A stretch of 47,565 nt of DNA from Halodesulfurarchaeum sp. (GCA_042216015.1 JBDGUI010000030.1:1-47565), one strand, 5' to 3'; counted from the first letter of the stretch, positions 29,240 through 37,707 are shown. Numbers and translations are program-made. The notes: generated by a model not told the origin, from the letters alone.

Positions 29240-29860
29240 ATGGCCGATCCGTTTCGAAGTCATGCCGCGGCGTACGACCAGTGGTTCGAAACTCACGAAC
29301 CGGCCTACGTCTCCGAACGTCGGGCGCTGGAATCGCTTCGACCCGAGGGGAGCCGATCTCTCGCCGTCGGGGTGGGAACCGGGCGATTCGCCGCCCCGCT
29401 CGACATTACAATCGGCATCGACCCGGCACCCGATATGCTCTCTATTGCAGTCGATCGCGGAATCGAGGGGGTTCGGGGCGTGGGCGAGCACCTTCCCTTT
29501 CAGTCGAACTCCTTCGATTTATTGCTGGCCGTGACGACTGTCTGTTTCTTCGACGATATCGGGGTCGCACTGCACGAAGGTCGGCGCGTCCTCGAACCAG
29601 GCGGGCATATCCTCCTCGGGTTCATCGACCGGGAAAGTCCAGTTGGGCAGCAATACGAGCGGACGAAGGACGAAAACCCGTTTTATCGGGAGGCCACGTT
29701 CGTGACCGTAGCCGAAATTCGCAGCCTGCTCGGTTCCGCCGGGTTTGAATCGATCGAGACGAGACAGACGGTGTTCACGGACCCGGAGATGGACGAACCG
29801 GATCCAGTCCGATCGGGAACTGGGACGGGGTCATTCGTGGCCCTCCGCGCTCTGGCCTGA
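29240..29860 (+). CDS. class I SAM-dependent methyltransferase (type 11)
   Basis: YDQWFE, VGVGTGRF, GIDP, EHLPF and RVLEPGG. ATG at 29240. Confidence 0.87.
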   Translation: MADPFRSHAAAYDQWFETHEPAYVSERRALESLRPEGSRSLAVGVGTGRFAAPLDITIGIDPAPDMLSIAVDRGIEGVRGVGEHLPFQSNSFDLLLAVTTVCFFDDIGVALHEGRRVLEPGGHILLGFIDRESPVGQQYERTKDENPFYREATFVTVAEIRSLLGSAGFESIETRQTVFTDPEMDEPDPVRSGTGTGSFVALRALA

Positions 29861-30295
29861 CTCCCTTCTCGGGTCCCAATCGGCGTCTTTCATATCGCCA
29901 TGCAGGGTCGCCTTCAGATCCAGCACGGGGGAGCCATCCAACATGTCGACGCCGCGAATTCCGATGGTCGCCCCGTCGACATCCGTCACGGTACACGTCG
30001 TGATGACGATGGGGTTCGGTCGGGCGGGCGAGCGAGAATTGAAGACCCCCCGTCCGGGCACCTTGTCGAGAACCAGGAGATCCCGGTCCGCCCGATCGGC
30101 AAACCAGACGACGACCAGCTCGTCTCCGGCTTCGATGCCCTGCAGCCCCTGTTCGTATTCCGGACGTATCGAGATCGTGCCGCGGATGTCGTCTTTGAGC
30201 CCCTGGCTCGGGGCTTCCTGGGTCGTCCGAATCGGCGTCCGTACGGTTCCGATAGGCTCGAGGCTGATCACGATCGGGGTTCGGTCGCCGGGCAC
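29831..30295 (-). CDS. TrmO/TsaA (YaeB-like) SAM-binding protein, short form
   Basis: PIGTV, GVFNSRSPARPNPI and GVDMLDGSPVLDLK. The GTG start is uncertain. Confidence 0.85.
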   Translation of the reverse strand: MPGDRTPIVISLEPIGTVRTPIRTTQEAPSQGLKDDIRGTISIRPEYEQGLQGIEAGDELVVVWFADRADRDLLVLDKVPGRGVFNSRSPARPNPIVITTCTVTDVDGATIGIRGVDMLDGSPVLDLKATLHGDMKDADWDPRRESGQSAEGHE

Positions 30296-30414
30296 TCAGC
30301 AATTGCGATCTAACCCAGTGGAAGGATGGAATGGGGGAAAGTAGTTATGGAATCCTTAAATTTGGCTTCCGATTACCAAACTTTTTCACGCCAGAGTTGT
30401 ATTCTTCGAATGCA

Positions 30415-31092
30415 ATGACAGAAGAGACGACGAGTGATACCCCACGACTCTCGCTCATCGGAGATCGATTCCCCGACCTCACGGTCGAAACGACACACGG
30501 GACCTTCAGACTCCCCGAGGATTTCGAGGGGGAGTGGCTGGTTCTGTTCAGTCACCCGGGGGATTTCACGCCGGTCTGTACGACGGAGTTCGCCGCCTTC
30601 GAGCAGCGTCGCGAGGAATTCGAAGATCTCAACGCCAACCTGATGGGACTCTCCGTCGACCGTATCCATTCCCACATCAAGTGGACCGACTGGATCGAGG
30701 AGGAACTCGGCATCGACATCGGGTTCCCGATCATCGCCGACGAAACCGGACGTGTCGGAACGGAACTCGGAATGATCCATCCGGGCGACGGGACGAGTAC
30801 CGTCCGCGCTGTCTTCCTCGTGAATCCGGACGGTATCATTCGACAGATCCTCTACTATCCAAAGGAGGTCGGACGCAACATCGACGAAATCCTTCGCTCG
30901 CTCGAGGCATTGCAGTACAGCAACGCCGAGGGCGTCGCGACCCCCGCCGACTGGCCGAACAATGACCTCTTCGGAGACCAGGTGCTCCTTCCGCCGCCCA
31001 GCACCGACGACGACGCGGCTGCTCGGGTCGAAGAGGCCGAAGCAGAAGGGTATGACTCCCGAGACTGGTGGTTCACCCTTCGCGAGAAGTAA
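30415..31092 (+). CDS. peroxiredoxin (Prx6/TdxH type)
   Basis: FSHPGDFTPVCTTEF, GRNIDEILR, TPADWP and DWWF. ATG at 30415. Confidence 0.95.
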   Translation: MTEETTSDTPRLSLIGDRFPDLTVETTHGTFRLPEDFEGEWLVLFSHPGDFTPVCTTEFAAFEQRREEFEDLNANLMGLSVDRIHSHIKWTDWIEEELGIDIGFPIIADETGRVGTELGMIHPGDGTSTVRAVFLVNPDGIIRQILYYPKEVGRNIDEILRSLEALQYSNAEGVATPADWPNNDLFGDQVLLPPPSTDDDAAARVEEAEAEGYDSRDWWFTLREK

Positions 31093-31167
31093 TCGAGACG
31101 CGTTTTTCCTCCGTCCCGGAAGCTGTTTTGGTGCAAATGTTTTCCGAGTTGGCTTCATGGGTGTGGT

Positions 31168-32580
31168 ATGACGAGATCGGTTGAGAGTCTCTTCTGGCAT
31201 CGTCGAGACCTCCGGACTGTCGACAATCGGGGATTAGCCACAGCCTGTGGAGCGGGTTCCGTGCTCCCCGTGTACGTCGTCGATCCACATTTACTCTCGC
31301 TTGCAGGGCCGGCTCGAACCGGATTTTTCGTCGCGTCACTAACCTCGTTGCAGCGGACATACCGGGATATGGGAACAGACCTGCTCGTGCGAAAAGGCAA
31401 TCCGGAAGATGTGATCCCCGCGCTCGCCGAGGAATTCGACGTCGATCGGGTGGTCTGGAATCGAGATTATTCTCGATTCGCAATAGGTCGGGATCGATCG
31501 GTCACAGACGGTCTTCCTGGGGGTGTTTCTGTCGAATCCCGACCCGATATGACACTTCACGAGCCGGGGTCGATCCTGACCAACAAGGGAGATCACTATT
31601 CGGTGTTTTCGTACTACTACAAGAAGTGGGCGAACGGGGAACACGACGACCCGATTCCACAACCCATACCCGGATCATTCATCGAATATTCGGGGGATTC
31701 AGTGGAGGCGATCGTCGAATCCCCGGCTGATTCGGTCCCACTTTCAGCCGGTCGCTCGGCCGCCTGTGACCGGCTCCTCTCCTTCACTGAGGCCCCCATT
31801 TACGAGTATGCAGATACCAGGGACCGGCCGGCAAAAGAGGGGACTTCCCGACTGTCTCAGGATCTCGCCTTTGGTTTGCTCGGCATTCGCGAGGTATTCG
31901 AGAAAACGGCGACTGCGGCGGAAACCGGCGAAACGGACTCCGATTTCGAGTCTGTCGAAGCATTCCAGCGACAACTCGCGTGGCGAGATTTCTACATCCA
32001 GGTGCTTGCGGCACATCCCGAAACGGTGACGGAGAACTTCCAAGACTTCGAAAATCCGATCGAGTGGCGCGAGAACCCCAGCCACTTCGAGGCGTGGCGG
32101 GCGGGGAAAACAGGCTATCCGATCGTCGATGCGGGAATGCGGCAACTCGGATCCGAGGCCTACATGCACAACCGCGTTCGGATGATCGTCGCCTCGTTTC
32201 TCACCAAGGACCTCCAGCTCGATTGGCGGAAGGGGTATCGCCATTTTCGACGAAAACTGCTCGATCACGAGACCGCAAACGATGTGGGTGGCTGGCAGTG
32301 GGCAGCCTCGACCGGCACCGACGCCCAACCGTACTTCAGGGTTTTCAACCCGATGACCCAGGGAGCGCGGTACGACCCGGATGCCGAGTACATCACCACG
32401 CACGTCCCCGAGCTGACTGCGGTCGATCCCGAGCAAATTCATTCCTGGACCGACCTCGATCCGGATCGACGGGATCGACTTGCACCCGACTATCCCCATC
32501 CGATCGTAGATCACGGAAACAGACGGGAGTCGGCGATAGCCATGTTCGAGGCAGCACGGGGAACCGAGGAAGCGAACTGA
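31168..32580 (+). CDS. phr: class I CPD DNA photolyase
   Basis: WHRRDLRTVDN, GTSRLS, QLAWRDF, GKTGYPIVDAGMRQL, MHNRVRM and GGWQW. Confidence 0.95.
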   Translation: MTRSVESLFWHRRDLRTVDNRGLATACGAGSVLPVYVVDPHLLSLAGPARTGFFVASLTSLQRTYRDMGTDLLVRKGNPEDVIPALAEEFDVDRVVWNRDYSRFAIGRDRSVTDGLPGGVSVESRPDMTLHEPGSILTNKGDHYSVFSYYYKKWANGEHDDPIPQPIPGSFIEYSGDSVEAIVESPADSVPLSAGRSAACDRLLSFTEAPIYEYADTRDRPAKEGTSRLSQDLAFGLLGIREVFEKTATAAETGETDSDFESVEAFQRQLAWRDFYIQVLAAHPETVTENFQDFENPIEWRENPSHFEAWRAGKTGYPIVDAGMRQLGSEAYMHNRVRMIVASFLTKDLQLDWRKGYRHFRRKLLDHETANDVGGWQWAASTGTDAQPYFRVFNPMTQGARYDPDAEYITTHVPELTAVDPEQIHSWTDLDPDRRDRLAPDYPHPIVDHGNRRESAIAMFEAARGTEEAN

Positions 32581-32668
32581 GCGCCGATCGGGAACTAAAG
32601 TGACCCTGAATGCCCCCTCCTAAACGTTTATCCGGACTCCGGGCGATGATTCAGGTGGTGTATTTCCA

Positions 32669-33283
32669 ATGAGCGAGCGTTCCAACCCCGAGCTACCGGA
32701 GCTGCCATACGACTACGACGCCCTCGAGCCGCACATCTCCGAGCAGGTTCTCGAGTGGCACCACGACACCCATCATCAGGGATACGTGAACGGTCTCGAC
32801 AGTGCCGAAGAAACGCTTGCAGAGAATCGAGCGGCCGGCGACACGGACGGAACCCAGGCGGCCCTTCGGTCGGTGAGCCACAACGGCTCGGGACACTACC
32901 TCCACACGATGTTCTGGGAGAACATGTCCCCGAACGGTGGCGGTGAGCCCGAGGGTGCGCTTCGCGACCGCATCGAGGAGGACTTCGGTTCATTTGAGGC
33001 CTGGAAGCAGGAGTTCAAGGAGGCCGCGGGCTATTCGGCCGGTGGCTGGGCGCTCCTCGTCTACGACCCGGTCGCAAAGCAGCTGCGAAACCTCGCGGTC
33101 CAGAAGCACAATGACGGCGCCCTCTGGGGCTCCCATCCGATTCTCGCTGTCGACGTCTGGGAGCACTCCTACTACTACGACTACGGCCCGGCGCGTGGGG
33201 ACTTCGTCGATGCCTTCTTCGAGGTCGTCGACTGGGACGACGTGGCGGAGAACTTCGAGAAGGTTAGCTCCCGGGTCGAATAA
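32669..33283 (+). CDS. sod: Mn/Fe superoxide dismutase
   Basis: LPYDYDALEP, HHDTHHQGYV, GHYLH and DVWEHSYY. Confidence 0.97.
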   Translation: MSERSNPELPELPYDYDALEPHISEQVLEWHHDTHHQGYVNGLDSAEETLAENRAAGDTDGTQAALRSVSHNGSGHYLHTMFWENMSPNGGGEPEGALRDRIEEDFGSFEAWKQEFKEAAGYSAGGWALLVYDPVAKQLRNLAVQKHNDGALWGSHPILAVDVWEHSYYYDYGPARGDFVDAFFEVVDWDDVAENFEKVSSRVE

Positions 33284-33326
33284 CCCGACCGGTACCCTTA
33301 CAAGCCCGAGCGTCGCCCCTTCGGGC

Positions 33327-33599
33327 ATGCCCGTCCCGAAAGCCGAGTTCGATCACCTCCACCCGGCCACGTTTTATGAGCCGAGGGATCTGCTCGAAGT
33401 AGACCAGATGTATACGGTCTACGAGATCGCTCGCCTGTTGCAGGAACTGGATCCGGACGCGGAACTGGATCCGGAAACCGAAGCCGTCCTCCTCGACTGG
33501 GCGATTCCGTGGATCATGGTCCACGCCGACGATCTGGTCGTGGCAGAGCCTCGGACGGACGACGAACCAGGACATTACGGACTCGCCACGGTGAACTGA
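33327..33599 (+). CDS. small conserved haloarchaeal protein (DUF5827-like)
   Basis: A 90-aa acidic ORF (MYTVYEIARLLQ...LLDWAIPW) directly after sod. The family name is recalled, not verified. Confidence 0.65.
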   Translation: MPVPKAEFDHLHPATFYEPRDLLEVDQMYTVYEIARLLQELDPDAELDPETEAVLLDWAIPWIMVHADDLVVAEPRTDDEPGHYGLATVN

Positions 33600-33708
33600 G
33601 CACTTACGTGAGTCCCGCGTCATTCATTCCCCTTCCCGATAGTGCCTCTCATGGGTCGGGCGAAACACAACCGTTAAACCGGGCAGGGATATAGAATCGG
33701 GTGCACAC

Positions 33709-33783
33709 GCTCCGATAGTGTAGTCCGGCCAATCATATTGCCCTCTCGAGGCAATGACCAGGGTTCGAATCCCTGTCGGAGCA
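33709..33783 (+). tRNA. tRNA-Glu(CTC)
   Basis: Acceptor GCTCCGA/TCGGAGC, anticodon arm TTGCC-CTCTCGA-GGCAA, T arm CAGGG-TTCGAAT-CCCTG. TTAAA box at 33674-33678. Confidence 0.95.
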
Positions 33784-33810
33784 TCGCAGCGAGCGACTTT
33801 TGAGCGAGCG

Positions 33811-33899
33811 AGAAGCGGACGAAGGGATTTGAACGTACGAATCCGAGCAACTGCAGGTGCTTGCAATCAGGTCAAATCCCGATGGCGTCGTCCGTTTCT
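33811..33899. repeat. long imperfect palindrome downstream of tRNA-Glu, with tRNA T-arm-like arms
   Basis: AGAAGCGGACGA(33811-33822)/TCGTCCGTTTCT(33888-33899) and GGGATTTGA(33824-33832)/TCAAATCCC(33872-33880). Confidence 0.65.
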
Positions 33900-34093
33900 T
33901 ATCGACCCGTATCAGTCCGATATGAATTGCCAAGCCGGAAATTGACTAACATAACCGAAACTAGCCGTTCCCCACCGCTCGGTCCACCGGCGGAGAATCG
34001 GGATCGACAACGAGTCACCCGCGAATGAATACGTTGGAAGCGCCGCCGACTCTCATTCGAACCATGTCAGTCGGGAATTGGAGAGTGTCGGTG

Positions 34094-34126
34094 AAAAGCA
34101 TGGATTCGCCGTCCGAATACGGCGAA
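34094..34126 (-). terminator. putative terminator of the cold-shock gene
   Basis: An 8-bp stem TTCGCCGT/ACGGCGAA (34105-34126), followed on the minus strand by TTTT (34094-34097). Confidence 0.5.
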
Positions 34127-34137
34127 CGAACCGTGCC

Positions 34138-34332
34138 TTAGTTGCGAACGACGTTCGTCGCGCGCGGGCCCTTCGGGGCCTGTTCGATGTCGAAATCGAC
34201 GTCCTGTCCTTCTTCGAGGTCCGGACCGCCAACGTCCTCCATGTGGAAGAAAACGTCCTCGTCCGCGTCCTCAGTCGAAATGAATCCGTAGCCGCCAGTG
34301 TCGTTGAAGAAATCAACCTTACCGTTTGCCAT
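34138..34332 (-). CDS. cspA: cold-shock protein
   Basis: MANGKVDFFNDTGGYGFI (RNP1), DVFFH (RNP2) and KGPRATNV. Confidence 0.96.
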   Translation of the reverse strand: MANGKVDFFNDTGGYGFISTEDADEDVFFHMEDVGGPDLEEGQDVDFDIEQAPKGPRATNVVRN

Positions 34333-34376
34333 TACAATTATACACACTACCGAGGCCCGGATAACCCTTGCGAGAG

Positions 34377-34390
34377 TCGTGGTACCACGA
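34377..34390. promoter_or_regulatory. perfect 14-bp palindrome TCGTGGTACCACGA upstream of cspA
   Basis: An exact palindrome about 12 bp upstream of a TATA-like GTTATC (minus strand, 34360-34365). Confidence 0.5.
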
Positions 34391-34680
34391 GGGGCACACC
34401 GATCCACCTGGGACTCAGACGGAATTCATGAACATGCTGGGCGATCGAAAACCACGTTTGACGACCACCGAACGCCTCGTTGAACAATCGGTACCCTTGT
34501 TATTACCCGGAAACAAGCGGGGGTAATGACTGTCGTCTCGGGGTCACCCGATAAAGAGCGTTCACAGCAACCGCGAAATCGGGATTGCGGGAACCCCTGT
34601 CCCTCCCCACCGTTCTCTGGGGCCAGCTGTGTCTCGCTCGCTGCGGGCGGTCGAAAGACAACCGTCGGAGACGAGCGACG

Positions 34681-35121
34681 ATGACCAGGGTCGTTGCCCA
34701 GGGGACCTTCGATCTCATCCATCCGGGTCACCTCCACTACCTGTCGGAGGCGGCCTCGCTTGGGACGGAACTTCACGTCATCGTCGCGAGGCGCGAAAAC
34801 GTCACGCACAAGGATCCACCCGTGCTGCCGAATCGGCAACGGCGTGATGTCATTGCGGCCCTCGAAATGGTCGATCGGGCCCACATCGGCCACGAATCGG
34901 ACATCTTTGAGCCGATCGAACGGTTGCAGCCGGACATCATCGCCCTCGGATACGACCAACATCACGATGTGGATTCGATCTCACAGACCCTCCAGGCACG
35001 CGGCCTCGATTGTCGCGTCGAGCGGATTTCGGGACGTGAACCGACCTACGAGGGGGAAATTCTCTCGACGGGTGACATCATCGAGCGCATCCTCGAAACG
35101 CGAGGGCAGAGACGCCCATGA
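34681..35121 (+). CDS. ribL: archaeal FAD synthase (cytidylyltransferase fold)
   Basis: [21 protein letters not shown] and LSTGDII. Confidence 0.87.
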   Translation: MTRVVAQGTFDLIHPGHLHYLSEAASLGTELHVIVARRENVTHKDPPVLPNRQRRDVIAALEMVDRAHIGHESDIFEPIERLQPDIIALGYDQHHDVDSISQTLQARGLDCRVERISGREPTYEGEILSTGDIIERILETRGQRRP

Positions 35122-35179
35122 GGGGCCAGCATGCAGATCGCCCGAGAAGTCATTTAGGCCTGGGCCCCCTTTTCGGGAC

Positions 35180-35977
35180 GTGAGCGTTCGTCAGTTGATT
35201 CGGGGGACCATTCCCTGGGGGACACTCGAGGCGGTCGGAATGGAACTCGCCCGCCGCTACGACCGCGAGGTCGTCCGAATCGAATTTCTCGAGGCGGAAA
35301 ACTGGCTTTCGACGCCGATCGTCGTCGATCAGGAGTGGTTCGTCAAGATCATCTCGCCACGCAACGCCTTCGTTCACGCCGTCTTCACGGGAGCCCGCAA
35401 CCTCGGAGCCTTTTCGAGTGGCACGTCGGGGTTTTTCCAGCACTTCGAAAATCCCGGTGAAATGGCCGAACACGACCTGGAGGCCACACGCCGGATACGT
35501 GAGGTCGGCGTGAACGCACCGGAACCGATCGAGGCGTTCGAGGTGGATTCCGTCGGCGTCGTCGTGTTCGACTTTCTCGAGGGATTTCATACCCTCGAAA
35601 ATTGTCGCACCGACGAGATCGAGGCGTTGGTGCCAGACCTGTTCGAATCGCTGGCGAAGATGCATCGAAGTGGCCTGACACATGGAGATCTTCGGGCCGA
35701 AAACGTCCTCGTCCAGGATGACGAGATTTTTTTCATCGACGCCACGGCGGTACGGCCGGGCACGATCCCACAGGCCAGGGCCTACGACATCGCGTGTGCG
35801 CTCGGGACGCTCGAACCGCTCGTGGGTGCTACGATGGCAGTGATCGCCGCCGTCGAGCAATACGGAATCGATGTCGTCCTCGACGCCGTCGATTTCCTGG
35901 ATTTCGTCAATATCCGTCCGGATCACGATTTCGACGCCGCCGCCGTCAAGGGAGAGATCAACACGGTCGCATCGTGA
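35180..35977 (+). CDS. RIO/Bud32-like atypical protein kinase domain protein
   Basis: FVKI, catalytic HGDLRAEN and FFID. GTG start at 35180. Confidence 0.75.
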   Translation: MSVRQLIRGTIPWGTLEAVGMELARRYDREVVRIEFLEAENWLSTPIVVDQEWFVKIISPRNAFVHAVFTGARNLGAFSSGTSGFFQHFENPGEMAEHDLEATRRIREVGVNAPEPIEAFEVDSVGVVVFDFLEGFHTLENCRTDEIEALVPDLFESLAKMHRSGLTHGDLRAENVLVQDDEIFFIDATAVRPGTIPQARAYDIACALGTLEPLVGATMAVIAAVEQYGIDVVLDAVDFLDFVNIRPDHDFDAAAVKGEINTVAS

Positions 35978-36080
35978 AACGAAGGGGGGAAGGGAGCGGT
36001 GGCCGTCGAGGCCCCGGGAGCGGGAGGTGGGCCCATCCGGGAGTACCGGTCCTCGACGAGAAAAGCGTCGACGACCGGCA
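35978..36080 (-). ncRNA. candidate small RNA in a convergent intergenic gap
   Basis: Orphan TATA TTTATAAG (minus strand, 36102-36109), a strong hairpin at 36046-36078 and a pyrimidine-rich 3' end. No homology evidence. Confidence 0.35.
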
Positions 36081-36134
36081 CCGGAAGATGGGGCGTCCGC
36101 ACTTATAAACTGTTCGAGCCAATCACGCCCCGAT

Positions 36135-36935
36135 CTACAGTCGTCTATCCTCGAGTGCGGGGAATTCGTCGCGGACCGCGGTGACGCGGTTCGGATCGAC
36201 CGTCGCGATCGCGGTCTCGGGCTCGGGTCCGACGACGCGAACGGGTGTTCCCCACGGATCGACGACGCGAGATCGGCCGATCAACCCCGGGCCACCTGCC
36301 GATCCGGACCCATTGACTGCGGACACGTACAACTGATTTTCGAGGGCCCGAGCACGCGTCAGCGTCGTCCAGTGCTCGATACGTGGAGCGGGCCAGGCAC
36401 TCGGGACGAGGACGAGTGTCACCCCACGATCCACGAGTTCCCGATACAGTACCGGGAATCGGAGATCGTAACACGTCGTTACTCCGACCGTGAATCCGTT
36501 CACCGTTGCCGTTTCGAGGCGTTCGCCCGGGATCAGGAGGTCCGATTCCCCGGATTCATACCCGAAGAGGTGGTGTTTTCGATAGGTGAGCTGTCGGGAC
36601 CCCGTCGGATCGAACAGCACGCTCGTGTTCGAAAGCCCGGTCTTTGCAGGAACCGCAGCGCTCGTCGCCTCGAGATTTTCGACGATGCTTCCAGCCAGAA
36701 TCCACACCCCATGTTCACGTGCGAGTTCACTCACATGGGAAAGAGTCGGGCCCTCCAGCCCCTCAGCTGCCCGTTGATAGGCGTCGAAATCGAAGTACCC
36801 CACGTTCCAGAGTTCGGGCAGCACGAGCAGCTGGGCGCCGCGATCGGACGCGTCGCGAATCGCCGCTGCTGCCCGCTTGAGATTGCCGGACCGATCGCCT
36901 GCTTCGACGTCGATCTGGAGAAGTCCGAGTTTCAT
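36135..36935 (-). CDS. carbon-nitrogen hydrolase (nitrilase/omega-amidase family)
   Basis: Catalytic triad LPE, YRKHHL and TCYDLRFP, plus RARALENQ. Confidence 0.92.
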   Translation of the reverse strand: MKLGLLQIDVEAGDRSGNLKRAAAAIRDASDRGAQLLVLPELWNVGYFDFDAYQRAAEGLEGPTLSHVSELAREHGVWILAGSIVENLEATSAAVPAKTGLSNTSVLFDPTGSRQLTYRKHHLFGYESGESDLLIPGERLETATVNGFTVGVTTCYDLRFPVLYRELVDRGVTLVLVPSAWPAPRIEHWTTLTRARALENQLYVSAVNGSGSAGGPGLIGRSRVVDPWGTPVRVVGPEPETAIATVDPNRVTAVRDEFPALEDRRL

Positions 36936-37354
36936 CGTCGTTCGAGAGCCTCCCACAGTTCGGTTTCGAGATTGTCGATTTCGGCCGGAAATTGGCGTTT
37001 GAAGAACCGCTCGGCGCCCGGCACTCGACCGGTGACCTCGAACTGGGTGTCAACAGCCGTACCGGTTCCGGTCTGCTCGATGCGGTGGTGTCCGGTGACG
37101 TCGAAGACCGGTGACCGTCCCTCGAAGCTGACGAACGTCGGCGGCCGTCGATCCACCGTTCTCGTTTCGACGGTGAGCAGTTTACCGACTCCGGGCAGGG
37201 GGAGATCAAGGTGCCAGACGGTCGTCTCTCCCTCGATTTTGAACCGGTCGACGAGATCGATCGCCCGTGCCCGATTGGCCGGATCCTCGAGGAACGCCCA
37301 CACCGCCTCGGGGGGAGCCTCGACCGAAAACCGGCGTTCGACTCGGACAGTCAT
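36932..37354 (-). CDS. SRPBCC/CoxG (START-like) domain protein
   Basis: VEAPPEAVWAFLEDP N-terminus, 140 aa, ATGA overlap with the hydrolase gene. Confidence 0.8.
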   Translation of the reverse strand: MTVRVERRFSVEAPPEAVWAFLEDPANRARAIDLVDRFKIEGETTVWHLDLPLPGVGKLLTVETRTVDRRPPTFVSFEGRSPVFDVTGHHRIEQTGTGTAVDTQFEVTGRVPGAERFFKRQFPAEIDNLETELWEALERR

Positions 37355-37426
37355 GCGTTACCGATTCGAGGCGTGTCGGACGGGCCGGTCGAACCCACTC
37401 CGAGAGAAGCACGGTGTCATGTCCTC

Positions 37427-37651
37427 TCAGGCCCGTTCCACCCGCCAGGTCGTCGACCGCGATCGACCCCACTTTTCGATGGTGAGATCTTCGGCCTTCT
37501 CTGCCAGTCGTGCCAACCGGACGCCGACCTGTTTCGAGGAGAGTCCCAGCGATTCGGCGATGTTTCTCGCCCGAAAGTACTTCTCGCCCGTATTTGCATT
37601 CTTCCGGAGGTGTGACAGAATCCGTTTTTCGTCCTCCGTGAAGTCAGTCAT
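37427..37651 (-). CDS. small winged-HTH protein conserved in haloarchaea (DUF7123-like)
   Basis: YFRARNIAESLGLSSKQVG...IEKWGRSRSTTWRV. Confidence 0.7.
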   Translation of the reverse strand: MTDFTEDEKRILSHLRKNANTGEKYFRARNIAESLGLSSKQVGVRLARLAEKAEDLTIEKWGRSRSTTWRVERA

Positions 37652-37707
37652 CGATTTCAATGAAGGGGCCCATTCCTATAACCTTTTCAGCCCGGACACC
37701 CGGTCGC

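Noticed and set aside
31093..32668. Search for the TATTG-N11-CAATA motif upstream of phr and sod (also dsbA and amrA)
   Set aside because: No match with the correct spacing was seen, so these genes are not included in the proposed regulon.
33784..34137. Possible integrated element at tRNA-Glu or tRNA-Thr
   Set aside because: No integrase, duplicated tRNA 3' end or foreign genes were found, and the flanks are core genes.
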